This document shows, one piece after another, positions 32,101 to 41,592 of a DNA stretch of 64,000 nt (position 1 is the stretch's first letter; each line of letters opens with the position of its first letter). Below the pieces are notes generated by a model, which made no database searches, was not told where the DNA came from, and was given only the letters and a program-made list of their open reading frames with translations. Position numbers and translations under genes: made by a program. The stretch comes from Cyanobacteria bacterium P01_F01_bin.56 (lineage in GTDB: Bacteria > Cyanobacteriota > Cyanobacteriia > Phormidesmidales > Phormidesmidaceae), in assembly GCA_039185935.1 (NCBI GenBank), contig JBCDAJ010000012.1, positions 2,023-66,022 of the forward strand, given 5' to 3'.

Positions 32101-32156
32101 GAAAATGCTGATCGCTCGGTCATAAGAAGATTCCGCTTTTCCAAAAATCCAGCCAA
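29148..32156 (-). CDS. Soluble class III adenylate cyclase with about 5 PAS domains
   Basis: VTILFADIVNFT, KIKTIGDAYM, YDLWGDAVNVASRMES; PAS starts LDAVPG, FEHAVEG, FAAMTD, FENSAEG, LGNLAG. Confidence 0.9.
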   Translation of the reverse strand: MAGFLEKRNLLMTERSAFSQANQAATSPSPSAASQDEDTLRQEILNLKREVTDLKAELRDRAQELHTTRGEIAELNQRFAAQTAALRESNDTLVAEVVERSQAENSLRTARDQLQAILDAVPGIVSWISDDLRYLGVNNHLAQTFNMPIDAFIGQHIGFLHTSSEFNLFVQDFFQSDQLDAYREVSAQVAGEQRRFLIVAQKYNQGKAAFTVGIDITERDRAETALREAEAKYRNIFEHAVEGIFQTTPEGHYLSANPSLAHIYGYATAATMMAELTNIQQQLYVEPQRRQEFIQALQRDGAVTGFESQIYQRNGNIIWISENARAVYDHRGNLLYYEGTVEDITQRKEVEAALQRANEELELRVERRTAALTESNQRLLSEIRERHRVEEALRASEAELRALFAAMTDVITVFDSDGRYLSMVATNSQLLYNPGKERIGQTVYEVLPPYQASLFMRHIQQALNTRKPVRLEYGLPIGDWQQLGDASGQAAPDDFESTAWYSAIISPMPNSRVIWVARDITEKRRANIALQKAEEKYRSIFENSAEGIFQASPDACYLSVNPALSRMYGYHSPPEMMGRITNIDRLYVNEERRRIMLQRLHKQGAVFAFESQVYRADGNIIWVSENVRAVRDEQDNIVYYEGTVADITQRRQAQEALRESQRTLATLLGNLAGMAYRRHCDSHWSLEFVSDGCYDLTGYAPSDLLGETAVPFEQLIHPDDRSYVKGEVERSLPAGDPFQMTYRILTASGQEKWVLEKGIPVSRPNATPAVVEGFLTDITNSKEIEEALRVEQERSERLLLNILPASIADQLKRSSRSIAYRFDEVTILFADIVNFTELSGALPPTDLVDLLNEIFSAFDHLAERHRLEKIKTIGDAYMVVGGVPSALHDHTQAIAEMALDMQAAIAQFRRQDQSSFRLRIGIDTGPVVAGVIGLRKFSYDLWGDAVNVASRMESQGQANRIQVTAKVYEHLKTQYAFEKRGAIDVKGKGEMVTYWLCGRKPE

Positions 32157-32207
32157 TTTTCAAGAGTTGCGGCCATCACCACGAGGGAGACAGACTTAAC
32201 CCTAATT

Positions 32208-32317
32208 AGGACTTACGCAAAAGCCCCCTCAGTCCCCCCAATCTGGGAGATGTTGCATCCAATTTCCCCAGGTTTGGGGATACAGGGGCCAAAATTGGAT
32301 GCAACTGCGTAAGTCCT
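32208..32317. mobile_element. MITE-like element, family A copy 1
   Basis: 12-bp terminal inverted repeats AGGACTTACGCA/TGCGTAAGTCCT, CCTAA on both flanks, internal hairpins; second copy at 57381. Confidence 0.8.
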
Positions 32318-32794
32318 GCCTAAAAGAGGTCAATCCCAAGATAGCGATCTGCTGCACAAATGGGTTGCGAGAGCAGTTGGCTAAACGCAACTAAGTACTT
32401 AATCCATCCTTGAGACTCAGATTCCGGTCAATTTGCAAACTCTGATCAGGAACTGAACTTCATCAAGCAGTCATTGTCGGAATTAACCGGTCGGGAGCGA
32501 GAGAATGACCCTTTGAAATTTCTGATGGCAATGAGCTTGTGAAGATCAAAAAAGTTGCTCAACTCATCTCGACAAAAACTGATGACGTGCGAAGATGGCA
32601 TCTTGGGTAGAGACAGGATAGTTCATACTGAGTTCTGGAGCTATGTGGTACTCGTTAAGCATTGCTAAGCCAAGCTAATGTCGGGTCGGATGGGGAAGCA
32701 TCTGCAGATGTCGACGTCAGTGCCCTCGGTGGGCGATCGCCGACGCCCTGGAAAAAATCTTCTCAGTTAGTTGTTGATAAGGGATACGGATCCA

Positions 32795-34066
32795 GTGAAA
32801 GCGCTCGTACTTGGTAGTGGTGGACGGGAACACGCCCTCGCCTGGAAACTGTTGGCTTCTCCACATGTTGAAGAAGTCATGTGCGTACCGGGAAATGGGG
32901 GCACCGCCACGCTACCCGGTTGCCGTAATCTGGGGCTGGCGCTGACCGACTTTGAAGGCATTGCCCGAGTGGCATTAGTTAACAATCTCAGTTTGATAGT
33001 GGTGGGGCCAGAGCAGCCCCTGGCCGATGGTCTAACAGACTACCTGCAGCAGCAAGGATTAAAGGTGTTTGGGCCTTCTCAAGCGGGCGCCCAAATCGAA
33101 GCGAGCAAAGCCTGGGCTAAAGCTCTGATGGTCGAGGCGGGGATTCCCACGGCGGCGTCTGAGGTTTTTACCGAGGCGGCCCCGGCGATCGCTTACCTAC
33201 AGCAGCAATCCCTGCCGATTGTTATCAAAGCAGATGGCCTTGCGGCTGGAAAAGGGGTGACCGTCGCACAAACCCTGGAAGCCGCGATCGCGGCGGTGCA
33301 AGACGCCTTGGCCGGAAAGTTTGGTGCTGCGGGCCAGCAGGTCGTGATTGAAGCTTTCTTAACCGGGCAAGAAGCCTCTGTCTTAGCTGTGACTGACGGC
33401 GAAACCATCATTCCCCTCATGCCCGCTCAGGATCATAAGCAAATTGGCGAAGGCGATACCGGACCTAACACTGGTGGCATGGGAGCCTATGCCCCTACCC
33501 CTGTAGTGACGCCAGAGATCTTGGATACCATTCAAGCGCAAATTTTGGAGCCGGCGATCGCCACCCTGCAGCGTCGTGGCATTGACTATCGAGGTGTCCT
33601 CTATGCAGGACTGATGATCTCGCCAACGGGAGACCCCTCAGTGATTGAGTTCAACTGTCGGTTTGGCGACCCCGAAACTCAAGTGGTGTTGCCCCTGCTA
33701 GAAACCCCTCTGGATGAGGTGCTCTTAGCCTGTGCTGAAAAGCGTCTAGCTGAGTTGCCGCCCCTGCAGTGGAAACCCGCTTCGGCGGCTTGTGTCGTGG
33801 CGGCCGCTGGGGGATATCCCGAGCAGTATGACAAGGGCATGACTATTTCCGGCTTGGAAGCTGCGGCTGAGCAGGGGGCGCTGGTCTTTCATGCGGGAAC
33901 AAAACTGTCTCAAGGCCAAGTACAGGCCAATGGTGGTCGGGTCTTGAATGTCACAGCTCTCGGTGAAACGTTTGAGCAGGCATTAGAACAAGCCTATGCC
34001 GCGATCGCTGAAATTCAGTTCGACTCGATGTATTACCGCCACGATATCGGTTTCCGCATCCGCTAG
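32795..34066 (+). CDS. purD: Phosphoribosylamine--glycine ligase
   Basis: VLGSGGREHAL, KADGLAAGKGV, GPNTGGMGAY, EFNCRFGDPE; GTG start at 32795 likely. Confidence 0.98.
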   Translation: MKALVLGSGGREHALAWKLLASPHVEEVMCVPGNGGTATLPGCRNLGLALTDFEGIARVALVNNLSLIVVGPEQPLADGLTDYLQQQGLKVFGPSQAGAQIEASKAWAKALMVEAGIPTAASEVFTEAAPAIAYLQQQSLPIVIKADGLAAGKGVTVAQTLEAAIAAVQDALAGKFGAAGQQVVIEAFLTGQEASVLAVTDGETIIPLMPAQDHKQIGEGDTGPNTGGMGAYAPTPVVTPEILDTIQAQILEPAIATLQRRGIDYRGVLYAGLMISPTGDPSVIEFNCRFGDPETQVVLPLLETPLDEVLLACAEKRLAELPPLQWKPASAACVVAAAGGYPEQYDKGMTISGLEAAAEQGALVFHAGTKLSQGQVQANGGRVLNVTALGETFEQALEQAYAAIAEIQFDSMYYRHDIGFRIR

Positions 34067-34113
34067 ATAAGAATCGGCATATCCTGTCTGTCTGATCGCG
34101 CTACATGACCTTA

Positions 34114-34204
34114 GGGAGTTGCGCTTAAATAACATCCCACCGACCCTGCTACCCATCCCCCCTGCCACGGTCTTGTCCGGGTACTTTATTTTCAAGCCGA
34201 TTCC
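34114..34204 (+). mobile_element. MITE-like element, family B copy 1 (91 bp)
   Basis: Imperfect TIRs GGGAGTTGCGCTTAAATAA / TTATTTTCAAGCCGATTCC, TTA on both flanks; homologs at 55464 and 58148. Confidence 0.85.
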
Positions 34205-34459
34205 TTAGGGGTAAGGAGTTTGGATGCAGCGCGATCGCGCCTGGCTATCGGTTGAGTTGCGTTGTGGCGGCGATCGCCTGAGGGTATCGGCTGAGCCAAT
34301 TTTCCAGGGCCAAATAAATACCGACGCCATCCGCCATTATCCGCCCTTGAGCATCTGTAGACTATGGCCAGCGGCTTTAGTCCTCGCCCGAAGCACTCAT
34401 TAGAGCGTGATTTCTATCTTTCGGGCAACCTAGCGATGCTGTGTCCATACAGGTATGCC

Positions 34460-34957
34460 ATGTTTAGTTCGGAACTGCTTGATGTTATCCATCGCAGTCA
34501 AAACTCCTTACACCGGGTCAATTTTGCCTCAGGAATTGTGTTTATGGCTTTAGGTCTGGCCGCGATCGCTGGCTCCTTTTTTGTCACTACGACCAATGGT
34601 CTCAAAGGATTTCTATGGCTGGTGGGGCTAGGGGCGATCGCCGCTGGACTGGCGAACTGTATTTATTACCAATTGCGCTGCGTCGATATCGCCGAGGTCT
34701 TGACCCATGATCCACAGCAAGTGGTGTGGGTTTATCGTCGAGTCAATACGGGGCGGGTGTCGGGCGTGCAAGTAGCGCAGTTCAACTTTATTGTGTTTGG
34801 CTTCCGGAGTAAGCGACAAGTTCCGGTACGATTGCCGAGCCACGCGGTAGATTTTTTGATGCAACAGTTACCAAAAGCATTACCCCATGTGACGGTTGGA
34901 TATTCCCCTGAGTATGCAAAAGCGTTTCGCCAAAATCCCGATGCTCTGGCAAGCTGA
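34460..34957 (+). CDS. Hypothetical membrane protein
   Basis: Two TM segments; ATG 34460 preferred. Confidence 0.65.
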   Translation: MFSSELLDVIHRSQNSLHRVNFASGIVFMALGLAAIAGSFFVTTTNGLKGFLWLVGLGAIAAGLANCIYYQLRCVDIAEVLTHDPQQVVWVYRRVNTGRVSGVQVAQFNFIVFGFRSKRQVPVRLPSHAVDFLMQQLPKALPHVTVGYSPEYAKAFRQNPDALAS

Positions 34958-35426
34958 AAGCTCGCGCGAGCATATTCAGGTGCATGAGTCACTACCGCAC
35001 CAGCAGGAATTGCTGACCAGCATCGTGGGCTTGGGAGAGAGTCCCGCAGCGCAGGTGTTGACCAAAATCGGCTCAATTGCCCCCTTCACCTCGGCCCGTC
35101 AACTGGCCGCCTTTGCGGGTTTGAAGCCGCAGGAACAGACCTTGGGGACCTCGGGGCAAGGCAGACACGGCTATGCAAAATCGGCAATCGACGACTGTGC
35201 CAGGCGCTTTACTTTTCCGCTCTGACTGGGTGGCGGCGGTGTCCCCAGGCTCGGTCTTTTGGCGAATGTCTCTTAGCCGCAGGCAAGGCGAAGATGCCAG
35301 TCATTGGCGCTTTGATGCACAAAACTCATTCGCGTCATCTATGGCATCCTCAAGTCGGGACAACCGTTTGCCCCAGACAAACTCCTCCCTCGCAGGACTT
35401 GACACGCCAAATTCAACACAGTATTT
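34958..35426 (+). pseudogene. IS110-family transposase remnant (C-terminal part plus right end)
   Basis: LLTSIVGLGE..SARQLAAFAGL, then a shifted frame RLCKIGNRRLCQALYFSAL, then ALMHKLIRVIYGILKSGQPF; several frameshifts. Confidence 0.85.
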
Positions 35427-35440
35427 GAGTCAAACACGCC

Positions 35441-36079
35441 CTAGGTCAAATCTATTAGGTGAGTGTAGGTGATGGTGTTAGTTGACGGCTCGAATTGCAG
35501 TTCTAACCCCAGTTGATTGCGAGTTAACTCTACCGTCTCAGCAGAACTGGACTCAACACTCCAACCAGAGGCTTCAAGTTCGCTAAGGGTGGCATCTAGG
35601 TCACTGCCCAAAAGAACATGCGGAAAGCTGTAGGTCACGTTAAAGCCATATTCTGGCTGCGCGGGTGGCCCCTCTGGCAACCGAATTTCTAAGGCCGTAT
35701 CGCCACGCGGATTAACCCCGGCACGATACTCTAGGTCCCCTTGTTGATTGGCATAGGTGCGCCAGGAGTCATCTTCAGTTTCTGGGCCAACCAGATAAGC
35801 CAATGCCTCATTTTTATCTGTGTAGCCAGTCTCTTTGTTGTAAACGTTGAGGTAAGTAAGGCCATCTTGCCGATAAACCCGCACAAGATAACTTTCAGTC
35901 TCAAATCGCAAGAGCGTTAGGGTGCCATCTTTGAGATCGCTCTTGTTATCAAAAGCCTGGACAAGGGGTGAGGGCGAGACGATCGCTAACTGCGATTCGG
36001 TTGCGGCTAATGCCGTCAGGCCCATCCCTGCGCTACTCAAAACTACCCAGAGGCTCAAAATAGAGGTGGAAAATTGCAT
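35441..36079 (-). CDS. Hypothetical secreted protein
   Basis: N-terminal signal-peptide-like segment; 212-aa ORF. Confidence 0.7.
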   Translation of the reverse strand: MQFSTSILSLWVVLSSAGMGLTALAATESQLAIVSPSPLVQAFDNKSDLKDGTLTLLRFETESYLVRVYRQDGLTYLNVYNKETGYTDKNEALAYLVGPETEDDSWRTYANQQGDLEYRAGVNPRGDTALEIRLPEGPPAQPEYGFNVTYSFPHVLLGSDLDATLSELEASGWSVESSSAETVELTRNQLGLELQFEPSTNTITYTHLIDLT

Positions 36080-37144
36080 CTTTCAGTTCTCTCGACAACA
36101 CACAGCCCCTAATCTTAAGGGAAGACGCCAGCCTGAGCGATCGCATTCACCACAATTGCAGTGGCAAATATTGCGCTTAGGTAATACTGAAGCTTGAGAC
36201 GAGCCGCAACTGAATTCGTTCCGTCCGTCTGCAAGTTTACGGATGGCACTCTGCCAGAACCTATCATGTGACGACACTCCAGTAGATAGTTCCAGCTTAC
36301 TTGCCCAGACGAGGCATCATTTGCGATCACGCCTAGCCCGAACTTTACTCAGCCCTATTCCATTGTCTGAAGAAAATTGTGACTGCTGTTGTGGTAGTGA
36401 ATTTGAGTCTGGCATTGGGGGCTCCCAACGTTTTTGATGGCATTCCATTGACCAAAGCAAAGCCATTGTGAATGCGCAAATGTATTATGGAGAGATCGTT
36501 CTTTAGCTCAAAACTTCATAGAACCCAAAAAACACAATTAACGGCAGTTTTTTTCAAAGAAAGATGAATATAGGAGAGGTATGTCAGTGTAGGATAATAT
36601 CCTCTAAAAAATTCGATGCTAGATGTCATTATCGTTAGGTTACTAAATCTGTCTTCCTTCGTTCTCTCGCAATTCGACTTGGCTATTGAACGAATATAGA
36701 CCCGAAACGATTGCTAAACTTCATCTTCAATTTAACGAATAAAATAGGAACGCTATATTAATCCTTATATTAGGCAGTGTTTTTCCTGTTGCGAATCTGA
36801 TGCGGAGCGGAGAATTTCAGAACTATCAAGACAGATCTCTTAGGAGTTTGATAATACTGACTCTGCCTAAACTTCCGAAATCGAAGATCAGTCCTGTTTC
36901 TTAATAGCTCAAACTATTTCCTAGATACTCAAGCTTTTAGCTTAGGTAAACATGATTTCAGCCTGTCTTCCTTTTTATTTAACATTAGAGTTGATATATT
37001 TATTGGATTATTTCTATTCAGTTCTTTATTGATGATTACCTGGATAGCTTCTGAAAAATACGAGCCGTAATTTGCCTTTTAAGAGACATTTAAGGAGTAC
37101 GTTTTTGCCGATATTGCCCCCCTTTTTGTCTAACTCAAGTAGCG

Positions 37145-37169
37145 GTAGGGTGGGCACTGCCCACCCTAG
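37145..37169. repeat. GTAG-type REP hairpin
   Basis: GTAGGGTGGGCA-C-TGCCCACCCTAG immediately after the amylase stop. Confidence 0.7.
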
Positions 37170-37173
37170 TGGT

Positions 37174-38832
37174 TTAAGCAACCTCAATGCCTTCTAACTG
37201 AGACAGCAGCGGATTTTGCTCAACCCAGACAGAAACCGAACCCCCGTTACAGCGGAACTCGGCCCAGCCATACTCGTTGGTGTAAATCGGTTCTTTGATA
37301 TGGCCAGTGATGTCATAAAACGCCTTGTGAGATTTGCCCACTTCCATCCATTTGTGGCCAGCCGGGCCATCGCTGAGCACCACCGCCATGGCATAGGGAT
37401 GATGATCCGAGCCGAGGCGAGTCCAGCCAATGGTGTTGAAATGATCGATGTAGTCGTATTGGGGACCGTAGGCAAAATTGGTGCGGGCAAACAAGAGGCG
37501 ATCGATCATCCACTGGTGTGAGTCCAGCCAGATTTCATAGCCTTTGTCTTTGTAGTGAGCGCCATAGTAATCGGCGTAAAAGACGCAGGGATAGCCTTGC
37601 TCACGCAGCAAAATCATGGCATAGGCCAGGGGCTTAAACCAGGATTCCACGATGGCTTCTAGCGATTGGAGCGGTTGCGTGTCATGGTTTTCGACCAGGG
37701 TGACGGCAAACAATGGCAGCTCCTTCATCAGGGTGCCGTCAAAGATTTGCCGCATATCGTAATGACCACCGGCTTTGCTCGCTTTGTGAAAGTTATGGTG
37801 CAGCGGGGCGTCAAATAAGTTGAGACGGCCCCCCGCATTGCCGATGTACCAACTTAAGGTGCCAAAGTTATAGGTCCAATATTCACCCACGCAAAATAGG
37901 TCTCGTCCCGTATGAGCTTCTAACTGATCAAGCCACTCATTAAAGAAATCACCATTGATATGTTTGATCGCGTCTAGACGAAAGCCATCAGCGCCAATTT
38001 CGTCTAACATCCATTGGCCCCAATGTTGCAACTCCCCCTTGACCTCGGGATGATTGATGTCGAGGTCACTCCCCATAAGGTAGTCGTAGTTGCCCCGCTC
38101 CAAATCGACTTTGGTTTCAAAGCTTTTATCGGCCATTTTCCAAACGGCTTTGAACTCAGGGTCCGCACTGTTGTAATCGACAGCGTCAAAGTGATACCAG
38201 TGCCACTTCATGGTGGAATACTTGTCGCCGCGTCCCCCTTCGCCGTTGGTGCCGCGAAAGTCGAAACCTGTCCAGGCTTTGATTTTGCGAGGGCCACCTA
38301 AAGCATGGTTGCGGTTCTGGGGATCGTAGGGAATGGCGTCAAATTCTTCTTCATAGTCAGCGGCCATTTTGTGGTTAAACACCACATCCGCATAGATTTG
38401 GATGCCGTTTTGGCGACAGGTCCGCACGGCTTCAACATATTCCTCTTTGGTGCCGTATTTAGTGCGGATGGTGCCTCGCTGGTGAAATTCCCCCAGGTCA
38501 AAGATGTCATAAACGCCATAGCCCACGTCATAGCTGCCGCCGATACCTTTGTAGGCGGGGGGCAGCCACAGGGCAGTAAAACCGGCGGCGGCTAAATGCT
38601 GAGCATTTTGTTTGAGGGTTTGCCAATGGGTGCCATCAGGCTCGATATACCAGTGAAACCACTGCATCATGGTGCCGTTGAATTCGGCGGGAGCTTTTTT
38701 TTCGGCGATCGCACTGGCATTGGCAGCCACCCAATCTTGGAGGGCATGCTGTGCCGTTTGCAAAGTATCGGTTTGCGAGTCTTTGCCAAGAGTGCGGAAA
38801 TTGTCTTTGAGTTGCTGAAAAGGGGTAGACAT
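37174..38832 (-). CDS. amyA: Cytoplasmic alpha-amylase (GH13, AmyA-like)
   Basis: NGTMMQWFHWY, YADVVFNHK, DGFRLDAIKH, VGEYW, VENHDTQ. Confidence 0.92.
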   Translation of the reverse strand: MSTPFQQLKDNFRTLGKDSQTDTLQTAQHALQDWVAANASAIAEKKAPAEFNGTMMQWFHWYIEPDGTHWQTLKQNAQHLAAAGFTALWLPPAYKGIGGSYDVGYGVYDIFDLGEFHQRGTIRTKYGTKEEYVEAVRTCRQNGIQIYADVVFNHKMAADYEEEFDAIPYDPQNRNHALGGPRKIKAWTGFDFRGTNGEGGRGDKYSTMKWHWYHFDAVDYNSADPEFKAVWKMADKSFETKVDLERGNYDYLMGSDLDINHPEVKGELQHWGQWMLDEIGADGFRLDAIKHINGDFFNEWLDQLEAHTGRDLFCVGEYWTYNFGTLSWYIGNAGGRLNLFDAPLHHNFHKASKAGGHYDMRQIFDGTLMKELPLFAVTLVENHDTQPLQSLEAIVESWFKPLAYAMILLREQGYPCVFYADYYGAHYKDKGYEIWLDSHQWMIDRLLFARTNFAYGPQYDYIDHFNTIGWTRLGSDHHPYAMAVVLSDGPAGHKWMEVGKSHKAFYDITGHIKEPIYTNEYGWAEFRCNGGSVSVWVEQNPLLSQLEGIEVA

Positions 38833-39318
38833 AGGGCTTGCCAGGAGTAGAGATAAATGAGTCTTGCTAGAAGGCTCTAGCTTAGAATTTCGTAAGTCAA
38901 CCTGAGGGAGCGCTCACGCATTTTCTAAAAATATCGAAGCAAGATTAAGAATCAATCGATACGACCAGATTTACGGAAACTTGCGTTGCTATACAGGCGA
39001 CTATAAACGACGGCAGAAGCCCACGTCACGGCGCCAGAACTGCCCTGGACAAAAGCCTATCGGCAAAGTGAAGAGTTTGATTGAATTGTTTTGTGACCTT
39101 AAACACGTTCTTGAACGTCAAATTTAGAAAACGTTACAAGATTTATTGAATCGTGCAATAAATTCCGAAGAAAACCCTAAAGCTTTTACAGAATTAAAAC
39201 CCCTCTTTCTAAAGTGATATCAATCCACCTCGGGTAATTTTGGCCAAAGTTCAGTGAGTGTCTGAATCGGGCTTAATTGCTGGGGCAAGGGATTCTGGAT
39301 TGCACACTTATTTTTTAT

Positions 39319-40278
39319 ATGTCAGCCAACATTCCCTTTGATAATGCTTCTCACCAACGACGCCAACTTGACGTTACTCAGCGACTCACCGCCTCGGTTC
39401 GTCTGCGTCGACTGATTTGGAAGCTGGCGATCGCGACCTTGGCGCTAATGGCAGTGGGTAGCGCGACTCGCGTTATGAATGCGGGGCTAGCCTGCCCTGA
39501 TTGGCCGCTGTGTTACGGCCAGATTGTGCCGCGCCAACAAATGAACCTGCGGGTGTTTCTGGAGTGGTTTCACCGTTTAGATGCCTCTTTGATTGGTCTG
39601 ATGTCGATTTGGCTAGCGGTACAGGCTTGGTGGTGTCGTCGAGATGTGCCCACCTGGCTCCCTTGGGCAGCGGTTGGCGCGGTGTGCCTGATTTTGGTGC
39701 AGGGGGCCTTGGGCGGTCTAACTGTGACTGAACTGCTCCGGTTTGATATTGTCACAGCCCATTTAGGCACCGCTTTAGCCTTCTTGTTGACGGTGCTGGT
39801 GATGGGCCTCTGCCTGACGCCCTATCAGGGTTTGGGCACGGCGGGTAGCTTGCCGGTGCTGGGAGCGATCGCGACGGGGCTGGTGTATGTCCAGTGTTTG
39901 CTCGGGGCGCTGGTTGGATCTCGTTGGGCGGCTCACCAGTGTCTCGGGGGGGCGCAGCTCTGCCAAGTGATGGACAGCCACTTGATGGGTGTCGTCCCCC
40001 CGACGCTAGCCATCTTGGTGCTGTTGCTGACGGCGTGGCGTACGCCAGCGCTACATCCCTGGTTGCAGCGACTCACGTTGCTGATTGGTTCGCTACTGGT
40101 CGGACAGATTGGGTTGGGGATGGCCACGCTGCGATTGCACCTGCAGGTTGAGCCCCTGACGGTGACGCACCATACCGTGGGCGCGATGTTAACGGCAGCT
40201 TTGATGGGTTTTACCGTGCTGGCTTGGCGCGATCGCACCGCTAAGATCAGTGCCCCGCCACAAACCACAGCGGTTTGA
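39319..40278 (+). CDS. ctaA: Heme A synthase (COX15/CtaA)
   Basis: AGLACPDWPLCYG, FLEWFHRL, VTAHLG. Confidence 0.92.
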   Translation: MSANIPFDNASHQRRQLDVTQRLTASVRLRRLIWKLAIATLALMAVGSATRVMNAGLACPDWPLCYGQIVPRQQMNLRVFLEWFHRLDASLIGLMSIWLAVQAWWCRRDVPTWLPWAAVGAVCLILVQGALGGLTVTELLRFDIVTAHLGTALAFLLTVLVMGLCLTPYQGLGTAGSLPVLGAIATGLVYVQCLLGALVGSRWAAHQCLGGAQLCQVMDSHLMGVVPPTLAILVLLLTAWRTPALHPWLQRLTLLIGSLLVGQIGLGMATLRLHLQVEPLTVTHHTVGAMLTAALMGFTVLAWRDRTAKISAPPQTTAV

Positions 40279-40350
40279 GCTGCTTCGGCACTGCTTTCAC
40301 GCACTCGATTTGTTTTTTTGAATGCTTTCTCAATAAGGATTTACCTGCAT

Positions 40351-41346
40351 ATGCAGACTTCTCCCACTTGGCAGAATTCCACTCCTCACCACGATAGTTT
40401 TTGGCAGGTTTGTCGCAGCTATTGGCAACTGACAAAACCTAGAATTATTCCACTGCTGTTGATTGAGACTGCAGCCAGCATGCTGGTGGCGGCTCAAGGC
40501 ACGGTTGATCCGGTTTTGCTCATTGTGACGTTGCTGACCGGGGCATTGGCGGCGGCGGCGGCACAATCCATCAACTGTATCTATGACCGCGACATTGACT
40601 TTGACATGGAGCGGACTCGTCATCGCCCCATTCCCTCCGGGCGCATTCAACTGCGGGATGCCTTGATTTTTGCGATCACGTTGGCAACTATCGCATTTGC
40701 CCTACAGGCCACGGTGGGTAACCTACTCAGCGCGGTTTTAGAAATGCTGGGAATCGCCGTTTACGTGGGTGTCTATACCCACTGGCTTAAGCGCTCCTCC
40801 ACCCAGAACATCGTGATTGGCGGTGCTGCAGGAGCCATTCCGCCGTTGGTGGGTTGGGCTACCGTCACGGGTGAATTGAGTTGGGCCGCTTGGCTGTTCT
40901 TTGCCATTGTCTTTATTTGGACGCCGCCTCACTTTTGGGCCCTGGCTTTAGTCATTCAAGATGACTACGCCAAGGTCGGGGTGCCAATGTTGCCGGTGAT
41001 TGTGGGCGATGAAGCGACGGCTAAACAAATCTGGGCTTACACGCTGGTTTTGGTGCCGATTACGTTGCTTATGACGGTGCCGCTGCATGCCACCGGTTGG
41101 GTATACGGTGCGATCGCTCTGTATCTAGGCTGTCTCTTTTTGAAAAAAGCTTGGGAACTGTTGCAAACGCCGAGCGATCGCGACCAGGCCAAGTCACTCT
41201 TCAAATACTCCATCCTTTATATGATGGCGCTCTCTGCCGGCATGGTGATTGATAGCCTGCCAATCACCCGTTCTACAATGACGGTTCTGAGTCATCAGGT
41301 TTATGAATTTGCCAGTGTCTTGATTCCCCAATTGTTAGGTGCATAG
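40351..41346 (+). CDS. ctaB: Protoheme IX farnesyltransferase (heme O synthase)
   Basis: [45 protein letters not shown]. Confidence 0.95.
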   Translation: MQTSPTWQNSTPHHDSFWQVCRSYWQLTKPRIIPLLLIETAASMLVAAQGTVDPVLLIVTLLTGALAAAAAQSINCIYDRDIDFDMERTRHRPIPSGRIQLRDALIFAITLATIAFALQATVGNLLSAVLEMLGIAVYVGVYTHWLKRSSTQNIVIGGAAGAIPPLVGWATVTGELSWAAWLFFAIVFIWTPPHFWALALVIQDDYAKVGVPMLPVIVGDEATAKQIWAYTLVLVPITLLMTVPLHATGWVYGAIALYLGCLFLKKAWELLQTPSDRDQAKSLFKYSILYMMALSAGMVIDSLPITRSTMTVLSHQVYEFASVLIPQLLGA

Positions 41347-41350
41347 CAAA

Positions 41351-41389
41351 GACTCCCGCCTGCTCTGCAAATACGAGCAGACGGGAGTC
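41351..41389. terminator. Hairpin between convergent ctaB and tex
   Basis: GACTCCCGCCTGCTC / GAGCAGACGGGAGTC 15-bp stem with one mismatch. Confidence 0.6.
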
Positions 41390-41592
41390 AAACGCTTCAA
41401 AGGAATAGGTTTAAGGCAGTTGAACCCGATTGTGAGCTCTAGGAGCTGTCATCATTTAGCTGTTAAATCCTCTCAGTGGCCGGGATACAGCCCTTCGCTT
41501 TATTTTGAGTGCGGGTGCGGTAATGCTGATTCTTAAAGGCTTCTGGGTTTAATTGATGACGCGCCCTCGGCTTTTGAATCTGCCGACTTGCT

